From an uncultured delta proteobacterium (GTDB lineage Bacteria > Desulfobacterota > Zymogenia > Zymogenales > Zymogenaceae), in contig CAWKCL010000007.1 of assembly GCA_963848155.1 (NCBI GenBank), positions 9,363 through 73,362 on the forward strand: DNA of 64,000 bases. The letters are read 5' to 3'. Under the pieces are notes generated by a model that saw nothing but the letters and a program-made list of their open reading frames with translations, was not told the DNA's origin and ran no database searches. This document shows, in pieces, positions 60,022-64,000 of the stretch (position 1 is its first letter; the number at the start of each line of letters is the position of its first letter). The translations under genes were made by a program, and so were the position numbers.

Positions 60022-61120
60022 CGAAGCGGTGGCAACCGACGACCTTGAAACCCCCTGGGAAACGGAAACGGATACGAAAACGACCGATCGATCCGTAACG
60101 CAACAGGAAGGCGAGGATATCTGGTCGGTCGAGGAGTTTGAGGATATCGGCGGGACCGGGGGGGAAACAAAACCTCGGGAACGGGCAGCGCGGCCCCCGA
60201 TTGCCGCGGAGACGGAAGGCCCGCCGCTGAGACCGTCGGTGAAAGAGCCAATAAAGGAGGAACCTTCTCGAGAAGCGGCCGCCACCGACGAGTTCTTCGT
60301 TAGAGAGGGTAAACCTCGCGATGTCGATGTCGAGGATTTCGAGCTGGGCGAAGAAATCAGTGAGGATGATCTCGAAAAGTTCCTTGAAGAAGAGACAACC
60401 GATGTGGAGATAGGGGTCGAGGAAGAGCCGGAGACGGGTCGTCCCGATGTTTCCGGGGCGGATGATGAGATATTTTTATCCGAGGAGAGCGATCCTTCGG
60501 CACGACCCGGCGGGAAGACGTCTCGGCCGGTAGATGAAGATCTGTTTGTCGAGGAGTTTGAGGGATCACCGCAGGGAAGGGAAGCTCGCAAACAGACCGG
60601 TGATTTTCTTGCGGATGACTCGGACGAAGAAGAGCCGATAGAGCTTGAATGGGAGGACGAACCGCCCCCGAAGGCGCAGAAGGCCCCGGCCCGTGAAGCG
60701 GCCACCGACGAGTTCGAAACGCTGATCCGCAGGACGGCGGAAGAAGAAATGGCGGATTTTTCTCAGGAGCAAGGCACGACTCCCGGTGCCGGACGCGGGC
60801 CTGCGACGAGGGAGTTCGATGTCGATTTGAGCTCGTTTGACGAACAACCCCGGCGGGGTGAGACAGGAAAAGGCCGGCCGGATTTAGGGACGTTCGACTT
60901 CGAGGAGCTTTCCAAGGAGACCCCATTAGACGGAGAGGGCCTCGGAGAGGAGCCCGCCGCGGGAGGTTTTGGTGAACCGGCCGATAAAAAGGATATGTCC
61001 AAGGCCGTCGATAAGATCGCGCGGGAGGTCATCGAGAAGGTAGTCTGGGAAGTGGTGCCGGAACTGGCCGAGGAGCTTATTAAGCAGGAAATAAAGCGTC
61101 TCAAAGGCGAGAAGTCATAG
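60020..61120 (+). other. roughly 370-aa highly acidic low-complexity region ending in a conserved-looking amphipathic helix; either the C-terminal extension of the receiver (1-nt indel near C4 run 60014-17) or a separate ORF (GTG 60029)
   Basis: This frame is open from 59912 to 61120 and shares composition with the tail of the REC ORF. About a dozen (D/E)(D/E)xF-type motifs. C-terminus AVDKIAREVIEKVVWEVVPELAEELIKQEIKRLKGEKS. Confidence 0.5.
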
Positions 61121-61159
61121 ATACATCGTAAGAACGAAAGCGCAGCCGTTTTTTGATTA

Positions 61160-61186
61160 GGGGATGAGCCATCCCCTCATTTTTTG
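61160..61186 (+). terminator. intrinsic terminator
   Basis: GGGGATG-AGC-CATCCCC followed by TCATTTTTTG, 40 nt after the stop at 61120. Confidence 0.75.
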
Positions 61187-61199
61187 TCGTTTCTTGATA

Positions 61200-63862
61200 A
61201 TGGGGTCAGACAGCGTGGAAGACAAGGGCTACAATCCGGCGAATATCGAAGATAAGTGGTACGAATACTGGGAACGGGAGGGTCTGTTCAGGGCCGATAA
61301 TTCGTCAAGCGCCCAACCCTATTCAATCGTCATTCCCCCGCCGAACGTTACCGGATCACTCCATATGGGGCATGCCCTGAACAATACCATGCAGGATATC
61401 CTCATCCGAATGAAACGGATGCAGGGTTATAATACCCTCTGGATGCCCGGGACCGATCACGCCGGGATTGCCACCCAGAACGTGGTGGAAAAGGAACTGG
61501 CCAAGGAAGGCAAGACCCGGCACGACCTGGGGCGGGAGGCCTTCGTCCAGCGGGTATGGGAGTGGCGAACCAAGTACGGCGGCCTGATCATCAACCAGCT
61601 TAAGAAGCTCGGCGCCTCGTGTGACTGGAGCCGCGAACGCTTTACCATGGATGAGGGTCTTTCCCGGGCGGTGAGGCTGGTATTTGTAACCCTTTATAAC
61701 GACGGCCTTATCTACCGCGGCGATTATATAATCAACTGGTGTCCGCGCTGCCATACGGCGTTGGCCGACCTCGAGGTGGAACATGAGCAGCGGGGAGGGC
61801 ACCTCTATCACGTCCGATACCCGATCGTTGGGGAAGGCGGGGCGTATATCACCGTGGCCACAACGCAGGCCCGAGACGATGTTCGGCGATACCGCCGTGG
61901 CGGTAAATCCCGGCGACAAGCGCTACGCCGGAATGAAGAATAAAAAGGTGCTCCTGCCGATCCTGAAGCGGGAGATACCCGTCATATTTGATACGTACGT
62001 CAGTATGGAGTTCGGAACCGGGGCACTCAAGATCACGCCCGCCCACGATTTGAACGACTTTCAGATCGGCAATACCCACGGTCTTGATCGGGTGGTCGTT
62101 ATCGACGACAACGGCGTCATGAATGATCAGGCCGGCCCCTACGCCGGGATGGATCGATGGGCCGCGCGCGATAAGGTCGTGGAAGACCTCAACACGGCCG
62201 GGTTGCTGGAGAAAATCGAGGACTACCCCGTGCCGGTAGGGACGTGCTACCGGTGTCACACGGTCATCGAGCCGATCCTCAAGAAACAGTGGTTCGTAAA
62301 AGCCGACGTCCTGGCGAAGGAGGCAATCGAGGCCGTCAAGGACGGCAGGACAAGGATCGTGCCCAAACAGTGGGAAAAGACCTACTTCGAATGGATGTAT
62401 AATATCCGGGATTGGTGCGTCTCCCGCCAGATATGGTGGGGGCACCGGATTCCCGCCTGGTACTGCGACGACTGCGGGGCAGTTATCGTCTCGATGGAAG
62501 CGCCGGCATCGTGCGGCGCGTGCAAAGGCACGAAACTCACGCAGGAAACCGACGTGCTGGATACCTGGTTCTCGAGCGCCCTGTGGCCCTTTTCCACCCT
62601 CGGCTGGCCCGACGAGACCAAGGACCTTGCCGTCTACTACCCCACCTCCGTGCTGGTGACCGGGTTCGATATCCTTTTTTTCTGGGTTGCCCGGATGATG
62701 ATGATGGGGCTTTACTTCAGAAAGGAAGTCCCGTTTCGGGATGTCTATATCCACGCGCTGGTGAGGGACGAGCAGGGATCCAAGATGAGCAAGTCCAAGG
62801 GGAACGTCATCGACCCGCTGACAATCATCGACAAGTACGGGGCGGATGCCTTCCGGTTCACGCTGGCGGCCTTCGCCGCGATGGGGCGGGACGTCAAACT
62901 CTCCGAGGGCCGGATCGAGGGATATCGGTTTTTCATCAATAAGCTCTGGAACGCTTCGCGGTTCGTCATGATGAACCTTGACGAGGGGTATACGCCCGAC
63001 TATGGCTTTTCGGGCAGGGAGCTTACGCTGGCCGACCGCTGGATTCTGAGCCGGCTGGAAACGGTGACGGGACAGGTGACCCAGGCGTTGGAGGAGTATG
63101 AGTTTAATAACGCGGCGGGGGCGCTCTACCAGTTCGCGTGGCACGAGTTCTGCGACTGGTACCTTGAGATAAGCAAGATATATCTTTCCTCAGACGACAC
63201 GGACGCCGCCAAGCGGGTCAGAGATATCCTCGTCTACTGCCTGGATACTATGATGCGGCTGCTTCATCCGATCATCCCGTTTGTCACCGAGGAGCTGCAC
63301 GCAAAGATCCCGGGGGCCGCGGGCAGCCTCGTTGCAGGGCCGTTTCCGGTTAAGAACAATTCCCTGGTTTTTCCGGAGGCCGAGCGGGACTTCGAGAGCA
63401 TCCAAACCCTCGTTACGGGAATCAGGAACATCCGGGGTGAGATGAACATCCACCCGAAAAAGAGGCTGACGGCGCTCATATCGGCCAAGGACAAAGATCA
63501 GGCCGTTATACGGGAAAACACGGAATATATCAAAGACGCTGGCGGGCGTAGACGCAATCGAGCTCGGGCAATCGATCGCACGGCCCGAGGCCTCGGCCAC
63601 GGCGGTTTGCGGCCCGTTTACCGTCTATATCCCGCTTGCCGGCGTCATAGACTTCGAAGATGAGAGAAAGCGGCTTGCCGGCGAGATGGGAAAGATCAAT
63701 GAAGAACTCGAAAAGGTCAACCGGAAGCTTGGAAACGATGAATTCGTAAAAAAGGCGCCCGAGGATGTCGTATCTAAGGAAAAGGAGCGCATGGCGCTGC
63801 TGGTTTCCAAGAAGGAGCGGGTGGCCGAAAGCATCGATCGACTTAAAGACTATTTCAACTAA
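61200..63862 (+). pseudogene. valS: valine--tRNA ligase, two frameshifts
   Basis: [29 protein letters not shown] (HIGH), [17 protein letters not shown] (after the break about 61864-61868), WCVSRQIWWGHRIPAW, KMSKSKGN (KMSKS), C-terminal coiled coil FEDERKRLAGEMGKINEELEKVNRKLGNDEFVKKAP (after the break about 63530-63537). Confidence 0.95.
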
Positions 63863-63969
63863 GGAACAAATCTCGGATATTCCGCGCGTTGCTCCCAACG
63901 AGGGGGCCGGGAACGGAGCTCCGCGCGGCGGTAAACGAATTACCTGACCACCGGACGGGAATCTAACAG

Positions 63970-64000
63970 ATGGAACTGACCCCGCATGTCATCGCCCTGA
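63970..64000 (+). CDS. possible start of an unidentified ORF running off the window
   Basis: ATG at 63970, MELTPHVIAL..., only 10 codons visible. Confidence 0.15.
   Translation, partial: MELTPHVIAL

Noticed and set aside
59533-60705. 390-aa Ser-rich minus-strand ORF
   Set aside because: It is the mirror image of the GAx/GAG-rich acidic coding region on the plus strand. There is no start context and no motifs, so it is a shadow ORF.

Overview
GC-rich bacterial chromosomal segment, almost entirely housekeeping genes packed in operons. All family calls below come from motif recognition by eye; no searches were run. I found no rRNA, tRNA, CRISPR array, transposase or integrase.

**Recognisable blocks**
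- carB/carA
- hrcA-grpE-dnaK-dnaJ, preceded by a perfect CIRCE operator
- bamD, then rpoH with a second perfect CIRCE
- patatin, DAC-domain protein, dusB and an NtrC-like gene in one apparent operon
- a siroheme/heme cluster: precorrin-2 dehydrogenase, hemA, hemC, cobA-hemD and a NirJ/Ahb-type radical SAM gene
- mnmG, hisB
- xseA-(M23)-xseB-ispA-dxs-tlyA
- tsaD, rsmA, valS

The gene content suggests a Desulfobacterota-like (delta-proteobacterial) anaerobe: CIRCE on rpoH, siroheme-dependent heme genes, DUF3795 and many nitroreductase/ferredoxin genes. This is inference only.

**Main caveat**
About 30 single-base reading-frame breaks interrupt about 17 conserved genes. These include essential ones (valS, grpE, hemA, hemC, carA, ispA), so most breaks are probably consensus errors. 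There is a marked hot spot at about 10.9-14.05 kb. 'Pseudogene' below means 'broken in this sequence'.

**No clear-cut novel system is evident.** The stretches most worth a second look are:
1. A patatin-like lipase directly upstream of a CdaZ-like (pyruvate-kinase-C-like + DAC) diadenylate cyclase.
2. Two tandem paralogs combining a 4-Cys zinc ribbon with a receiver domain, followed by two tandem AI-2E transporter paralogs.
3. An orphan CheW-CheW-CheY-like module joined to a roughly 370-aa acidic region rich in (D/E)-x-F motifs.
4. A degenerate NtrC-family protein downstream of dusB, with a pseudo-receiver, a lost Walker B and no GAFTGA.
5. An HD / dual-specificity phosphatase / MBL / metallophosphoesterase / methyltransferase run.
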